NCBI GenBank assembly: GCA_003971905.1
Contig: RSEE01000152.1
Span: forward strand, 62,001 to 114,659
Direction of reading: 5' to 3'
Source of the DNA: Moniliella sp. 'wahieum'
Lineage: Eukaryota
Length of the DNA: 52,659 nucleotides
Made by a program: the position numbers and the translations under genes. Below, piece by piece: positions 24,613 to 36,822 of this stretch. Within the stretch, counting starts at the first letter, position 1. Each line of letters starts with the position of its first letter. The notes below the pieces were generated by a model that had not been told where the DNA came from, made no database searches, and saw only the letters and a list, made by a program, of their open reading frames with translations.

Positions 24613-26263
24613 TTACCAAGTACGCGTCTCAAGCAGCAAGTCGCTCTCGGGCGCGAGACCAATGCAAGCGCGGAGGAAGTTGGTCACGGCGGCACGCTGG
24701 CGTGCGAGGGAGTTGACCACGTCCGTGCCCGGCTTAACCAGCGGCGCTTTGAGCGAGTACGACAAGAGCGAGAGCACCGAGTACAAGTCTTGGAACTGGG
24801 CGGTATCGTCTGTGCCTTCGGCATAGGTGATGCGCGTGCTGAGTTCAGCCAAGATGGCAAGATCAATCAGCAGAGGCGAGGCCAGCAACGAGTCTTCGCA
24901 AATGTTGGTGATGTACAAATGGTTCCGCCGCCCAACATCAACTCGGAAGTGTAGTCGTCCATGGCCACCTTGTCATCGCCAACGGCAGGAATGTACTTGA
25001 TGACGATCGAGTGGTCCGGCGACTCGCCCTTGACACCCGCCTTGCCCGATGGCTTGTACAGCAAATGGTTCGCCGCCGTACAGTCGTCCACAACGGACGA
25101 CTTGCTGATCTCCTTGGACCGGAACTGCCGAGCGGAGGATAGGTTGTAGCCATCATTGTTGCCCAAGTGGTTGTAGGAGACAACGGCACGCGGCTTGATG
25201 CCAGCGTTGGTGAGGTAGTCAAACAGGACACTCTTCACCTTGGTCTGGCCAGTCTTGAGGTCGTCACCGGCAATAAATGCGCGGCGCTCCGCCAGCTGGA
25301 TCGCACCGGGCACAAAGGTGTTTTGGCGGAGCGCCATTGATGTACGGCACGCCTTCCAAGATCGAGGCCACAGCAAAGATGGTCGACGGCGACACTTCGC
25401 TGTGCGACGTTTCGATCGAATGCAGCAGCGCATCGGCCGTGTCGTTAACACCGGGAATAATGTCCGAGTAACGTTCCGTGTTGGCGGTCCAGACGACAAT
25501 CACTTGGTCCAAGCCATTGTCCGCCTTGAACTACGAATGTCGTTGCGCACATGCTCGACGTGCGCTTTCTTGTCCGTGCCGGGGATCACATTGTCCGCGC
25601 GCGCCTCCTGGTTGGCAGCGATAAAGTCGGGGTAGTACACCGACGGCAACGGCTTTTGGCCCGCCAAGTAGGGCGCAACTTGACGCTGCAAGTCCCACTC
25701 GAGCACCTTGGCACGGTGCATCGAGTCAGCCAGGTGAGCGACGAGATGTCCCATCCGCCCACAACAAAGTCGTTGGGGTGCACCATGGGCAGCATGGAGG
25801 CAAACGGGACATTGACATCTTTGCCATTCTCGTCGTCCGTGCCCAAACGGATGGTAGAGGCACGAACAAGGGAGCCGTAGTAGTTGGGGTGCTGCAGACC
25901 TTCCTTGGTGTGGAAGGAAATGTTGTGCTTGTTGGCCAAGATGGCGGCCGTGATCGTGGTGCCGTTGTTGCCTCCCCATCCGATGAGCATGAGACCCGTC
26001 TTGGGTACCTTGCGTTCGGTGCGGAACTGGTAGCTAGCCTTAGCAGGCGTGGCCTTGAGTGTGGTCTTGCCATCGGGGGCGACGGTCTTGGTGACATGGG
26101 TGGTGAGGTAGTCGTACTTGGACTGATGTGCGCGTCGGTGTACTTGACATGGGCGAGTCGACCTCGATCGACTCGACCTCCTCGTGACGCACGGCGGTGG
26201 GGTCGATAACCGCCGGCTCGCAGCCGACGGAACAACAGAGGCAGTGGTAGCAATGGGGGCCAT
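24613..26263 (-). CDS. INO1: Myo-inositol-1-phosphate synthase
   Basis: Motifs [82 protein letters not shown] and [16 protein letters not shown]. No introns seen. Several 1-bp indels. Confidence 0.98.
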
Positions 26264-26658
26264 GGTGCTACGGTGAAAAAGGAAAAATCAAAAAGGGTAG
26301 GTGAGGTGGAGGGGCGACTTAATGTGATAAAGGGGAAGGGCAGGTGTGCTTGCTGCCCCGGTGGGAGTTATCTGTGGCAGATGAGGCGAGAAGGATGTGA
26401 GCCATGGAACAGACAGAACACGAGAAGGAACGAGGAAGAAAACGTACGGCAACTGCACAGTTGGTTGGAGAAAATGGTGGGCGACGACCAGAAGGGGGGG
26501 AGCCACTTGGTAGCCAGTGGATCCGATCCAGAAATCGGCAGGGGTTGGGGGTTGGAGAAGGAGAAGAGGATGAAGAAGGCGTCGACGAGCGGGTGGGGCT
26601 TGACGAAGCGGAGGCGGTGGGGGTGGGGAGGCGGGAGGGCGCGGAGGCTGCGGGGCTG

Positions 26659-26666
26659 CTTTTATA
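26659..26666 (-). promoter_or_regulatory. Putative TATA box of INO1
   Basis: TATAAAAG on the minus strand, about 400 bp upstream of the ATG, in otherwise GC-rich DNA and followed by a CT-rich leader. Confidence 0.55.
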
Positions 26667-26970
26667 GGAATGAGCAGCTGCCTCCGAGGGCAACTGGGGG
26701 GTTTTGGCTTTGGCTTTGGCTTTGGCTTTGGCTTGCGCGTGCCGCCGGCTTGCCAAGGAAAGAACATGGATATGAACATCAGTCGGGCTGGGCACGAGCA
26801 GCACCACGCAGCAGCTGCCGTCCCGCGATCGGCGCTGCACACGGCGCGTGTGGGCGACGCGCGCGGGGACTGGCGCTGTGCCTGGCTGCGCATTCCGCGG
26901 GGCACGCGCCCAGGCACGGCGGGGTGGCGCGTGGTGGTGTGTGATCCCGACGGGTGAGCAGGCCGATTGA

Positions 26971-26980
26971 CATGTGAAAT
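26971..26980 (+). promoter_or_regulatory. UASINO/ICRE-like E-box CATGTGAAAT upstream of INO1
   Basis: Exact match to the S. cerevisiae UASINO consensus, about 710 bp upstream of the INO1 ATG. Function in this organism is unproven. Confidence 0.4.
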
Positions 26981-27290
26981 CGGGCGGCGTGGGGCGGGCG
27001 GCGGCGCGCTGTTGGGGCAGGGGCGCACGGCAGCGCAGGTGCGCGCACGCGGCCGCCCGGAAGCGTTCGTGCCGGCTGGCCCGTCCGCAGCCCAGGCACA
27101 GGGGCGCTGTGTGGGGAGGCGTCGGCCGGGCGGAAAGCGACGGAGATAGCGGGGTGGTGCATCATGCATCATGCATCACTAGCACTTGCAATCCAATTAG
27201 TCCCCCCCTCTCGCGCCCCCAACCCAACCTCCACCAGCCCACACCAGCCCACACCTCCCCCTGTGCGCCTGGGCGTGGGCAGCAGGCACT

Positions 27291-27339
27291 CGGCCAGTCC
27301 CTCAGCCATCCCCACCGGGGCTGGCTGAGGGACTGGCCG
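27291..27339. repeat. Perfect 18-bp inverted repeat (hairpin)
   Basis: cggccagtccctcagcca (27291-27308) pairs with tggctgagggactggccg (27322-27339). The 13-nt loop itself contains cccc/gggg. Confidence 0.9.
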
Positions 27340-27999
27340 GTCTGGCCCAGCCGCTCGCTGCGATCGCACCTCCCTCGCCCTCTTGTGGGCAAGACACCAG
27401 CCAAGACAGCGCCCGCCGCAGCCCAGGCCCATGCGTGTTGAAAGCCACGTCGCCAATGCGCTCCAGCACTCCGTCACATTCACAGCCCATGGAATGCAGC
27501 CGAACAGCAATAGGGAGCCTGCCACCCAGCACGCCATCTCTCCTCCCCGCCCACTTTCAGATCTAATCCATCTAACGAGTACACTCATCGTACTGAACGT
27601 ACTGACCCAACCAGCCAACCACGCGGTTCGTCACGTTCAGCTGCAGCGTTCTGCCAACCAGTCCCCGCTTCAACTTTCCCGCTTTGAGGTTTGTCCCATT
27701 GATATCTGTCTGCAGCGCCCATTGGCGCTCATCGACATCCACAGTAGTAGTATCATGTGAACAGAATCTGTGGTATAAATATGGTGCGGCACTGCCAAGG
27801 CACCTCCGGCCTCCCATCTCAACGACCGCCGCCAAAAGGTCCCGGTCAATGGTTCAACGTTCAACGTGATCGTTCAAGCAACCAAACGCCACCGTTTCGA
27901 CCCAACCAGAAGGAGCCTAGCGGGGCAGCTCCTAATAGAGCCATTGGTGTCATAATTAATGTTCAGGCAACCCACACGTGCCCTTCTCCAGAGAAGCCC

Positions 28000-29321
28000 T
28001 TGGGGCTGGCGAGTGGGAATGATACTGCGGAATCTCTATCTCTAGACCACGTCCATTTCATTGACAGAGCTTAAGGCTGGGACAGGGAGAACGCTACGTC
28101 TAAACCTAACCGTTCATCTTGCGGGGGTTACTTGGAAGCGCCACCAAGGTCAAGGAACCAGTGGGATCGCCAGGATATCAGGACCCTCCGGTTCTCGCCA
28201 TCCGGTCCCGTAATTAAAATCCCAAATGGGGTGTGCACCACACTTTTACATCAGCATCGCGTAAGCCACCGGGGCGCGGCCAGCCAGCAGCCAGCGCGTA
28301 TCGGTGATATTATTTTCCAGTGTGGAAGGTTCCAGCGTGGAACGGTGGACCGGGGGAACGGTGGCTACGGTGGTGATGGTGGGTCAGAGGAACGGTGGCT
28401 AAGGTGGCGACACAGCACCAAGCTGGGGCAAAGCCCCAGCTGACCGGGCCGTAGGCCCGGTGGTCCTCCTTGTGTGAAATTTATCAACGATGCTCAGTCC
28501 CACAGAATCGCAAAACCAAAACGAGACAGATGCCGTCAGTTCCATTGACCCAACAGCAAAACCGCTTGATCAGCTTGATCTCCATAAACATGTGGCGTGT
28601 TGCTATCTTTTGGATATCGTTCGACCCCAGGTGGACATTCCGATATGTCATTACCTTGCCAACAAAACAAGAGGGGGGAGGAAAGAGGCAAAGGGGAAGG
28701 AACGTACCTCGGCCGGCTTCTCCGCTCAGCCTGAGCGCTCAGTAAGCTCGGTCAATGTCTCGCTTCCTGTCACCTGACGTTACTTGTGTTTCGTCTTGAG
28801 CGGCCCGAAGACAAAATAGCGGCACGCAGGAAAGTCAGTCATGTTCGCACCGAGGAAAGGAGAGGCGCTAGTATCGAGTACTTCATCGCTGTCCGACCTG
28901 GTCGCATGCTACTCATCCCCCTCGAAGCCAGCGAAGGCAGCTCGAGCGGCCGCCTGCCTGCCCCCCGGTACCGAATGGTCGTATCGAGAAACACATCAAT
29001 GTTGAATCCCGATGGACATTTGATCGAGTCCGCCAAGGTCCGATCAATCTACGCTACCTATGTTACGGAAAGAGCACGCGCGAGCCCACTACGGGTTCTG
29101 ACGGAGCTTTGACGTTCAAGTACAGATTGTTGGATTTGGCCAAAAGAGGGAGCGGGGAACGAGTTCAAGTCAGCAGACTGGGCTTCGCCCCGTGTGCCTA
29201 CAGGGACCGTGGAAATCATCAGAGGGTGGGAAGGGTAGGAGAGGGACGATGACTGGGCTTGCGCCAGAGCGGTAGGGCGTGTGGAGACCTGGGAAGGGAC
29301 TGCCTGCGTACGCACATCCAT
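28000..29321 (-). pseudogene. NSE4: Degenerate Nse4/EID (SMC5/6 kleisin) homologue interrupted by a Helitron-like insertion
   Basis: Collinear Nse4-like blocks across frames: LAKSNNLYLNVKAPSEPVVGSRVL, FNIDVFLDTTIRY, GRTAMKYSILAP, VFGPLKTKHK*RQ, AEKPAE|..SNDIQK, IVDK [insertion] KSVVHT.HLGF*LRD, SIIPTR. Apparent stops at 28780-28782, 28726-28728 and 28214-28216. Recognised by eye only. Confidence 0.55.
28251..28472 (+). mobile_element. Non-autonomous Helitron-like element, copy B (222 bp)
   Basis: Proposed boundaries A|TC (28251) to CTTG|T (28472), with no TSD. It has the same double hairpin (28421-28441 and 28443-28461) and minisatellite as copy A, in the opposite orientation. The terminal CTAG is degenerate (CTTG). 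Confidence 0.68.
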
Positions 29322-29611
29322 GCTGCGTGTGGGGACAGATGGGTGCGGCCGTGGGGGCGGAGCAGCAGACCAGCAGCAGAAGAGACGTGGCGCGCCACGA
29401 CAGGCCAACAGACGAACGCGCACCGCGTTGGGACTCCAAGCAATCAACACCTGGCACACCAAGGCCTGTAGAGCCGATTACCTAAGATGCGCCGCCCGTT
29501 CCCGGCGGCGTCGGCAACTGAATCGGAACATGGCATTGGCATCCAATTAGTCCGCACCGTCCCCTCTGTCGGTCGGGGCTGTCGCAGCACCACCTCCCCG
29601 CTGGCGTTGGA

Positions 29612-31588
29612 ATGCTGCGGTCGTCGCTGCTGGGGCGCGCACGCGCTGCTGCCCACCGCCCATGTCTACCGTCTTGCTCCCTTCTCCCCGTCCTCGCCAC
29701 CCGAGCCAGCTCCTCCGCCGCCCACGACGATCGCCACCCCCCCACGCCGCCCACGCCGCCCGTCCCACCAGTGCGTGCGCAACCGGGGCAGGCGGCGCGC
29801 GACCTGGCCTCCACCTCGCTTGAACTAGAGATGCACGAACCAGACAGAGGCGCGAACGTGGCGCAGCTCAAAGCATGGCAAGAACAGTACTTCCCCAGTC
29901 GTCGTCAACGCCCGGGCCCCGCCTCGTCCGGCGGCTTCTCTTTGTATCTGCTGCGCTTGGTTGGCCGCGTCGTCCTGGTCGGGGTGGTGATTTGGACGGG
30001 AGACCAAGTGTACCGAGGTGGCTGGATAGCCTATGCCGAGTTGGTTGGCATTCCTCATCTGACCGCCGAACCGCGTAGGCTGGTACGGCAGCACAGCGAC
30101 CCGTATGGATGGAACGAAGAGTATCTACTTGACCATGCGTTTGCCGCGCCTGGGGTGAAGGGCACCCCATCCTCCTGGCCATGGTGGGCGCGACGCGACC
30201 TCGGCCACGCATGGTACAGTCTCGTGCACGGTGGTACGGCCGAAGGACATCCTTGCTGCTGCGCCGCAGCCGCCCGACCCACCTTCGCCCGCTGCGATGG
30301 AACAGTACCGATCGGACAAGGAGCGGTACGCTGCCTACGTCACTAGCTTGGCCCACGACCAGGGCATCCGCGATGCCGAGGAAACCATCAGTGCTACTCT
30401 GGCAGCGATGGATGCGTACCCTGGCTCGGTGTGTACCAGCTTCCCACCGCAGAAAGTTTGGAACACGCCTTCCCCGATGCACACGCCATGGCAGCAACAG
30501 TGGTGGATGCCAATGCGGTGGCGGTACGAACGCACGTGAGTTACCTCCGTACCAACTGGCTACCCCGAGTGCGCTCGAGAGTATCGTCCAGGACGACAGC
30601 AAGATGGTGGAGATGCTTGCGTTTGTCGGGCCCGAGGGACAGCGGCACTTGAAGCTGGCCCCACAACAAGTTGCTCTCTTGCCAACCGCGTGGGGGCAGC
30701 CTATGTCGACTTGGGAAGGCCAGATGAATCGGTCAAATGGTACTTGAAAGCGTTGGCTTCCCTGCCCTCGTCTTCCTCTTCCTCTTCGTCTTCGTCGGAC
30801 CCCTCCCCCCTCCCACCTGCCCCGCTGACGCGGGCGATCATCACGTCTCCTGGGACTAGCCACGTCGTACGCCTCGCCGCCGAATCCGGATTCCGGGAGC
30901 GTGCCCCGCAAGGCAAGGGAACAGCAGTTGCAACAGTCTCTTTGGTACCAAGGCCTGGCACTGCGCGTCATTCGTACCGAACTAGACCGCTTGGCGAACC
31001 GAACCATCAAAGCCACTGAGGCCGATGAGCATGTACGTCCTCAGCGCTGGAACCATCCTATCCCTTCCGCAGGTTGGGGGGAGATCAAGCACGCCTTGCC
31101 TCCCACCCTGCTTTCCCGTCCTTTGCCTATGCATGATGAGCCCCTCCCCCCCGCCCTGGCCCCGACGATGGACGAGGGGAACAACTGTACTTTGCCTGGC
31201 TCCTAGCGCAAGACGCAACAGCTACTATGCTCCTAGGCCAAACGACGTATGCACTTACCAAAGTCCACTCGTCCGGGTTAGTAGGCTGGGTCTCGACCGT
31301 GCTCGGGCTCGGCTCGTCGTCGTCTCGGACCGAGTCGGTGGCCTGGACAAGGCAAGCTGGCTTGGAGGCAGACGGGCCCTGGCGTTGCTTGGAGAAACTC
31401 GAGAAAACCTTCCGGGTCCGGCTCCGGGTCCGACCCGGATACCTGCCGGTCGGAGCCGAGGGGACGTTGGCCGACGGTGGGTGCGCAATCCCGTTTACAC
31501 CAGCGTGGCCAGGGAGCTGCTTGGTGTGGCGCAGACGCTGGAACAGAGTGCGCAGCGGTGGCTCACGTTCTTGCAGCCTTCCACGTGA
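29612..31588 (+). CDS. Putative mitochondrial membrane protein with TPR-like helices
   Basis: Arg/Ser/Leu-rich presequence-like N-terminus (MLRSSLLGRARAAAHR), a TM segment (LLRLVGRVVLVGVVIW) and a TPR-like segment AYVDLGRPDESVKWYLKALA. Chain of frameshifted ORFs ending ...SAQRWLTFLQPST*. Confidence 0.6.
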
Positions 31589-31783
31589 AAAGCGATAAGT
31601 GAGAATGGAGAATGGAGAGAGGAGACGCAGCAGCGCTCTCATCGCTTTCAGCGCTAAGCTGCGTTGTCCCCATCGATACCTGTACCCCTTGGGTGGGTTG
31701 CGTTCATCATATACATAGAGCCGTACAAAGTACTATAACAGGTGGTGTGTGACTTTGTCCCAGACCAATCCGCATCATCCGGG

Positions 31784-31992
31784 TGTCACAGGCCTAGCTA
31801 GCGATGCTGGCGATGGTCGATGGAGATGGCATTCAAGAGCTAAGGAGAGCTAGAGCTATGGGCCTTGATAGGCTCCTGGCCTGGAGCCAGTGGAAACCGT
31901 GGAAGGGTCGGAACTCACTGCCCCGGTGCACTGTGTGGATCGGGCCACGTGTCACTGAAGGCCGATGGGCTCTAGACCACTGGTGGTCAACA
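31784..31992 (-). repeat. 3' LTR (209 bp)
   Basis: tgtcacaggcctag...tggtggtcaaca, a direct repeat of 36823-37033. Confidence 0.97.
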
Positions 31993-32010
31993 CCCCCGCT
32001 GGCCAGAGGT

Positions 32011-35000
32011 CTATGGCACGATGGAAGGTTGTAACGTCCTCAAGCTGAGGCGAGGCAAGTTGGCCAGGAGTGAGACCTTAGTGGCTGGTTTGGTGAGGAT
32101 GTCGGCCGGGTTCTCGTTTCCAGCATGTGCGCGATTTTGACTTCGCCGAGTCGACATGCTGGCGTACGTTGTGGTACCGGATGTTCAGCTCACGTAGTTT
32201 GCCCGTGCTGCCCACTTTTTCGGCCAAGGCAAGTGCCGCCATGTTGTCGCAGTACCAGTGTATGGGCTCGTCTGAGGTGATGGCACCGAGCTCCAGTAAG
32301 ATGTTTTAACGTAGTTCGCATCAATGAGGCCCTCATATCCCGCGTATATTCGGCCGCAGCAGTGTTGGTGACGCTCTTGGGTTGACGCACGCTCCTCCAG
32401 GAACTGGAACCCCGTAGACGAAAAAGCAGGCATCCCGACGTGGAACGCCATTGGTCAGGGTCTCCAGCCAGGTCGGCATCAGTGTATTAGCGCGAGAGCG
32501 GGTGCGTCAGGCGGGTGTTAGTCGGAGACCGTAGCCCTTGGTACCGTAGAGGTAGCGGAGGAAGTTTGTTGCCGCAGCGCGGTGGGCCTTGGAGGATCGG
32601 CAGTTGCTCGGCTTAGAGCTGAGATGCCGAACAGCGCATCAGGGCGGCACATGCGGGCAGCCCACAGCCCAGATCCTACTTGGCTCTGGTAGTCGCGTCT
32701 CTCGGCGGGCAGTGCGGGCGGTTCGGGGTCGGTGCGCGCGGGGATCATCTTGCTGGGGTGGGGGAGGCCCATAACCAGGGGTGGCGGAACCTCATGTTTG
32801 GCAATGGATTCCTCAATGAATTTTGGCTGGCTAAGGTACAGTTTCCCGTTTATGGTGTCGTACTGGCAGCCAAGATGGTAGTGTAGGGGGCCGTTTCCCC
32901 GCACCTCGATATGGGTGTTGATCTCAGTGAGGAAGGAATCGTAGCGTGCGTGAGACGTGCAGGCGATGAGAAGATCGTCGGTGTGCACGGCAAGGAGGAC
33001 CGTGTCGCCTTTACGGGGTCGGATGAACAAGCACGGCTCAGCCAGAGATTGTACAAAACCCATGTCTCCGCGGAGCAAGTCACGGATGAATACCGCCCAG
33101 TTTGCGCCGGATTGGTGGAGGCCATATAGGCTTTTCCGGAGACGCCAGACCTTGCCTTTTTCCTCGGGAAAGAATGGGGGTGGGCGGAGGTACACTTTTT
33201 CCGTGAGGGGAGCGTTCAAATAGGCAGAGTGCACATCAGCAGTGAAGAGGTGGAGGCCGAACTTTCCAGCAAGGGCGATAAGGCTGAGGATGGCAGGAGT
33301 GCGCACGGCAGGGGCGAATGTTTGTCCCCATGTGTCAGCATCCTGCTGGTGGCCCCCGGCAACGAGACGGGCTCGGTAGCGTAGGAAATTTCCGTCCGCG
33401 TCCGTTTTGGTGTTGATGCGCCACAGACCAATCAGCAGCTGCGCGTCTGGAGGGGGCGTGACGACTTCGAATGTGCCGTAGCGGGCTAGGGTGTCGATTT
33501 CCGTGCGCATCGCCTCCAGCACTGGTTCGAATGAGGGGTGTGATTGGAGGCCCTTCATTGTCTTGGGTGCAACAGGTACTCCGTCCTTGGTGAGCTGGAT
33601 GCGCTCGTGCGGCCCTGGCTCGCTAAGGGCGATCATCGCCTTGTATTCAGGCGGATGGAGACCGTCGCTGTACGCGGCAGGGCAGTGTCGGGCAGTGGGA
33701 AGCGTAGGCCGATCGCAGGACTACGACTACCGTCAGGGAGGGGAACCGGAGGCAGCGCGGCAGCGTGTGCGTGGAAGTCACCATCATGAGGTCGTCCGCT
33801 ACGGGGAGCTGTGCCCAGTCAAGGTCAAAACGGCGCTGGTGGGTCCGGGCGGGGTACCGTCTGGTGGTGGGGGTGGTTGGATGGGTGTCGTTTTGTCTTG
33901 CGATGGTCGCGTCAGTATCAGTGTTGATTCTCGGTGGTTGTTGGGATTTGCAACTTCAATTTTGTTCATTTTTCTTCTCCCTTTTTGGTTTCAGTGTCAG
34001 TCATAGTTCTGTCAGGCAGGGGTTGAGCGGGGAAGCGAGATACGTCAGGCGGAAAGCGGTCGGGGAAAACCTCGTGGTATTGGCGCTGGGTCCACTTGTA
34101 TGGTTTTGCCCATTGGGATCGGAACGTGCCCATGGACGGGTCGTACACAGCCCAGCGCCAACCCTTTGTACCTCGACGCGTCGTACCCGACGAGCATGGC
34201 TTCGACAGCCCGCGGACTGAGCTTATGGTCACGTTGGTCCTGGGCCAGGTGAAGGTACGCCAAGGATCCGAAGGCGTGCATTGGCAGCGGTGGGGGTGAC
34301 CCCTTGTACAGCTCAGCCCGAGATTGTGTGCCCTGGCGTGGAGATGTCGGTGGCATGAGGTTGTGCGTCCAGCACCCTGCCAGCAAGGCATCCTGCCACC
34401 AGTTTGATGTCGGGAGGCCCGAGGCGATGATGAGTTGGCGCGCGCGTGTGGTGATTGCCTGGATGGCTCGCTCGGCCACCCCATTTGATTGACTTTGGCC
34501 TGGTATGGTGGTTTCCGTCGTGATACCTTCGGATTCAGGAACGGACGGAGTGCGCTGGTGAGCTCGGGGGCATTGTCTGTCTTCAAGATGCGAAGCAGAC
34601 GTCCTTTCCGATGCGTTGCTCGCGGGTGATGAGTTTTTTCAGCTCCGCCGTGGCTTGTCCTTTCGTCTTTAGGGGAACAGCGAAGGTGTAACGGCTCCAG
34701 TCATCAACCGCGACCAGGGCGTATCCATGTCCCATGCCAGTGATGCGAGGGAGGTCGACTACGTCGGCGTGCAGTACTTCGAAAGGACGTTCCGAAATGC
34801 GGCGGCCGTGGCGCGAAGGGTGGCTGGGCGCTTTGGCCAGAGCTTTTGTGCAGGTGGGACAATGCCAGAAGGGGCGGATGCGTCGGATTTGGGCAGGGCT
34901 GACGCGGAGGCTCGCTCGCGCGTTGGCGGTTAGTGTCGGGAGTAGGTCTAAGCGGCGTGGTTGTACTGTTGGTTGAACGTACATGACGTGCTCGATGGTG

Positions 35001-36674
35001 TTGGCTGCGGTGTGTTGGGTGGCGACGGCAGCTTTGGCCGCGTGTTCGTTTGTGGGTGTCGGTTTCGGGACGATGTTCAGCTTGTATGAGGAATCCGCGA
35101 TTTGGTGATATTTGCCATGCTTGTCATTTAACCAGATACCTTTTCGGTGGGGGGCGAACCAGGATGCGTGGCCTGCGTCACTTATTTGCGCTACGCTCGT
35201 GAGATTGCTTGCTATGCCGGGGACGTATAGACTGCCGGGTAGGTCTACATGGATACATTTGCCGTCGGTACACTTGATACCGATGCTACATGTTCCGCGT
35301 CCACTGGCTTTAATATGTTTTCCATCAGCGATTTCGATTGAGCGGTTGCTGGGCTTGAGGGTTTTGAATACCCTGAGATCCTTCCAGATGCTAGGATCCG
35401 CGCCCGAGTCGTGACGAGACTGGATGTCCTGGTTGCCCGCGAGTTCCTATTTGTCAGATAGGGCAAGGTCCACAGACAGGGTCTCCCCTTCGGAGACGTC
35501 GTCTTCGGTGGCAATGTGCGCTCGCGCGGAGCTGTTGCGGTGCCATTTGTTGTTCGAAGGAACCCCGGTGTGGCCGGACGGCTTTCTCGCAAGAGCACCC
35601 CCCTACGGGGAGATGCACCGCAGGAGGACCCCCGCTATGCTGCTGGGATCCCGCGCTGTCGTGTTTGCCAGCGCCCGAGTTGGCGGTCCGGGGGTGACGG
35701 CCCCGGTACGGAATTCTGTACTCTGGGTCCGCTGGGATTCTCTCCACGTCTTGCATTGTCTCCGCCAGAGTCATGTGCTCTAGGCGGCGACGGTCACCAG
35801 GGTCGCGGAGGGCCCCGACGAGGATACGGCGGAATTGCTCGTCCGACATCGGTGTGGTTGCGCTGATCCGGTTGCGGAGCGTCCCCATTTCAGATAGGAA
35901 CTCGCTCCCGCTGCGCCGGTTTTGGTAGCAGTGGTGAAAGCGACTGGACAATTCATGATACGTCTTGCAGTCGACCGTACCGTATTTGTTTCGCAGGGCA
36001 CGGAGCAAGTCAGCTGACGTGTCAACGTTGTCCTGTGCAATAATGGCAGATTGAACGTCGTTCGGGAGGTGGGACCACAGAAGGTTCTGGAGGCGTAGAT
36101 CGAGGGACGAGTCGTAGTGTGGTGACGATGGACCGGAGCGAACGATGTCCTTCGCGGCGGGGTGGATGCGGTCCAGGATGTTGAGGATGGAGGGCTCCCA
36201 GAGCACATATTCGGTGGGTCGCGGAAGGCGTCCTTGCGCGTCGCGTTGGTACGCTCGATCTCTTTTGACGCGCGTTTCTCAGCGTGGCGAAGCTCGGCCA
36301 TGTCCTCACTCGCGGATGCAAGGGCCTCACGGGTGTTTTGCGGCTTCGTGAATTCAACGGCCAATACATATTTCTCCAACGCGAGGGTGAGCGTGTAGAT
36401 CCAATTTTCCTTTCCGCCCGGTGTTTTCTTGCTCTTCGGTCCATACGCCGCCGTGTGTGCATCCGTAGCGAACGAGCGGCATGTGGAGCGGAGATTGTCA
36501 GCGCTGGTGGGCTTGAACGCGCGGGTGCTTGCGAGGAGGTTGTCTCTGACGTCGGTGAGGGCCTGTTGCCAGGTCGGGTCGGAGACAGGGGTGGTGGGTT
36601 CGTCGTCGATGTCCTGCGCCTCTTCGATGACAGAGACTTCGGGAGGAGGGGTGTTTTCTTCCAGTTCGGGGCAT
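32011..36674 (-). CDS. Copia gag-pol polyprotein (frameshifted in this assembly)
   Basis: Gag (LLRALRNKYG), protease DSGA near 35405, integrase (LHADV, VDDWSRY, KTDNAPEL, NGVAERAI), RT (RARLVAGG, DVHSAYLNA, LRKSLYGLHQSG, HTDDLL) and RNase H (STSG, AEY, CDNMAA, NPADILTK). Confidence 0.92.
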
Positions 36675-36822
36675 GGTGGCTGATTTTTCCTTTGTTTTTT
36701 TTTTGAATTGGTTGGTGTGTGGTGCCGATGGTGGCGTTGGGGTGGTGGTGGTGACGGTGGGCGCCGATGGTGGTGCTGAGTATTGATCCTTTGCGCCAGT
36801 GGGGTGCTTCAGATTGTAGCTC

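Noticed and set aside
20029..28472. One 8.4-kb TIR DNA transposon carrying INO1
   Set aside because: There is no TSD or transposase. Each inverted copy has its own Helitron-type 3' end, and copy B appears to be an independent insertion inside the NSE4-like sequence.
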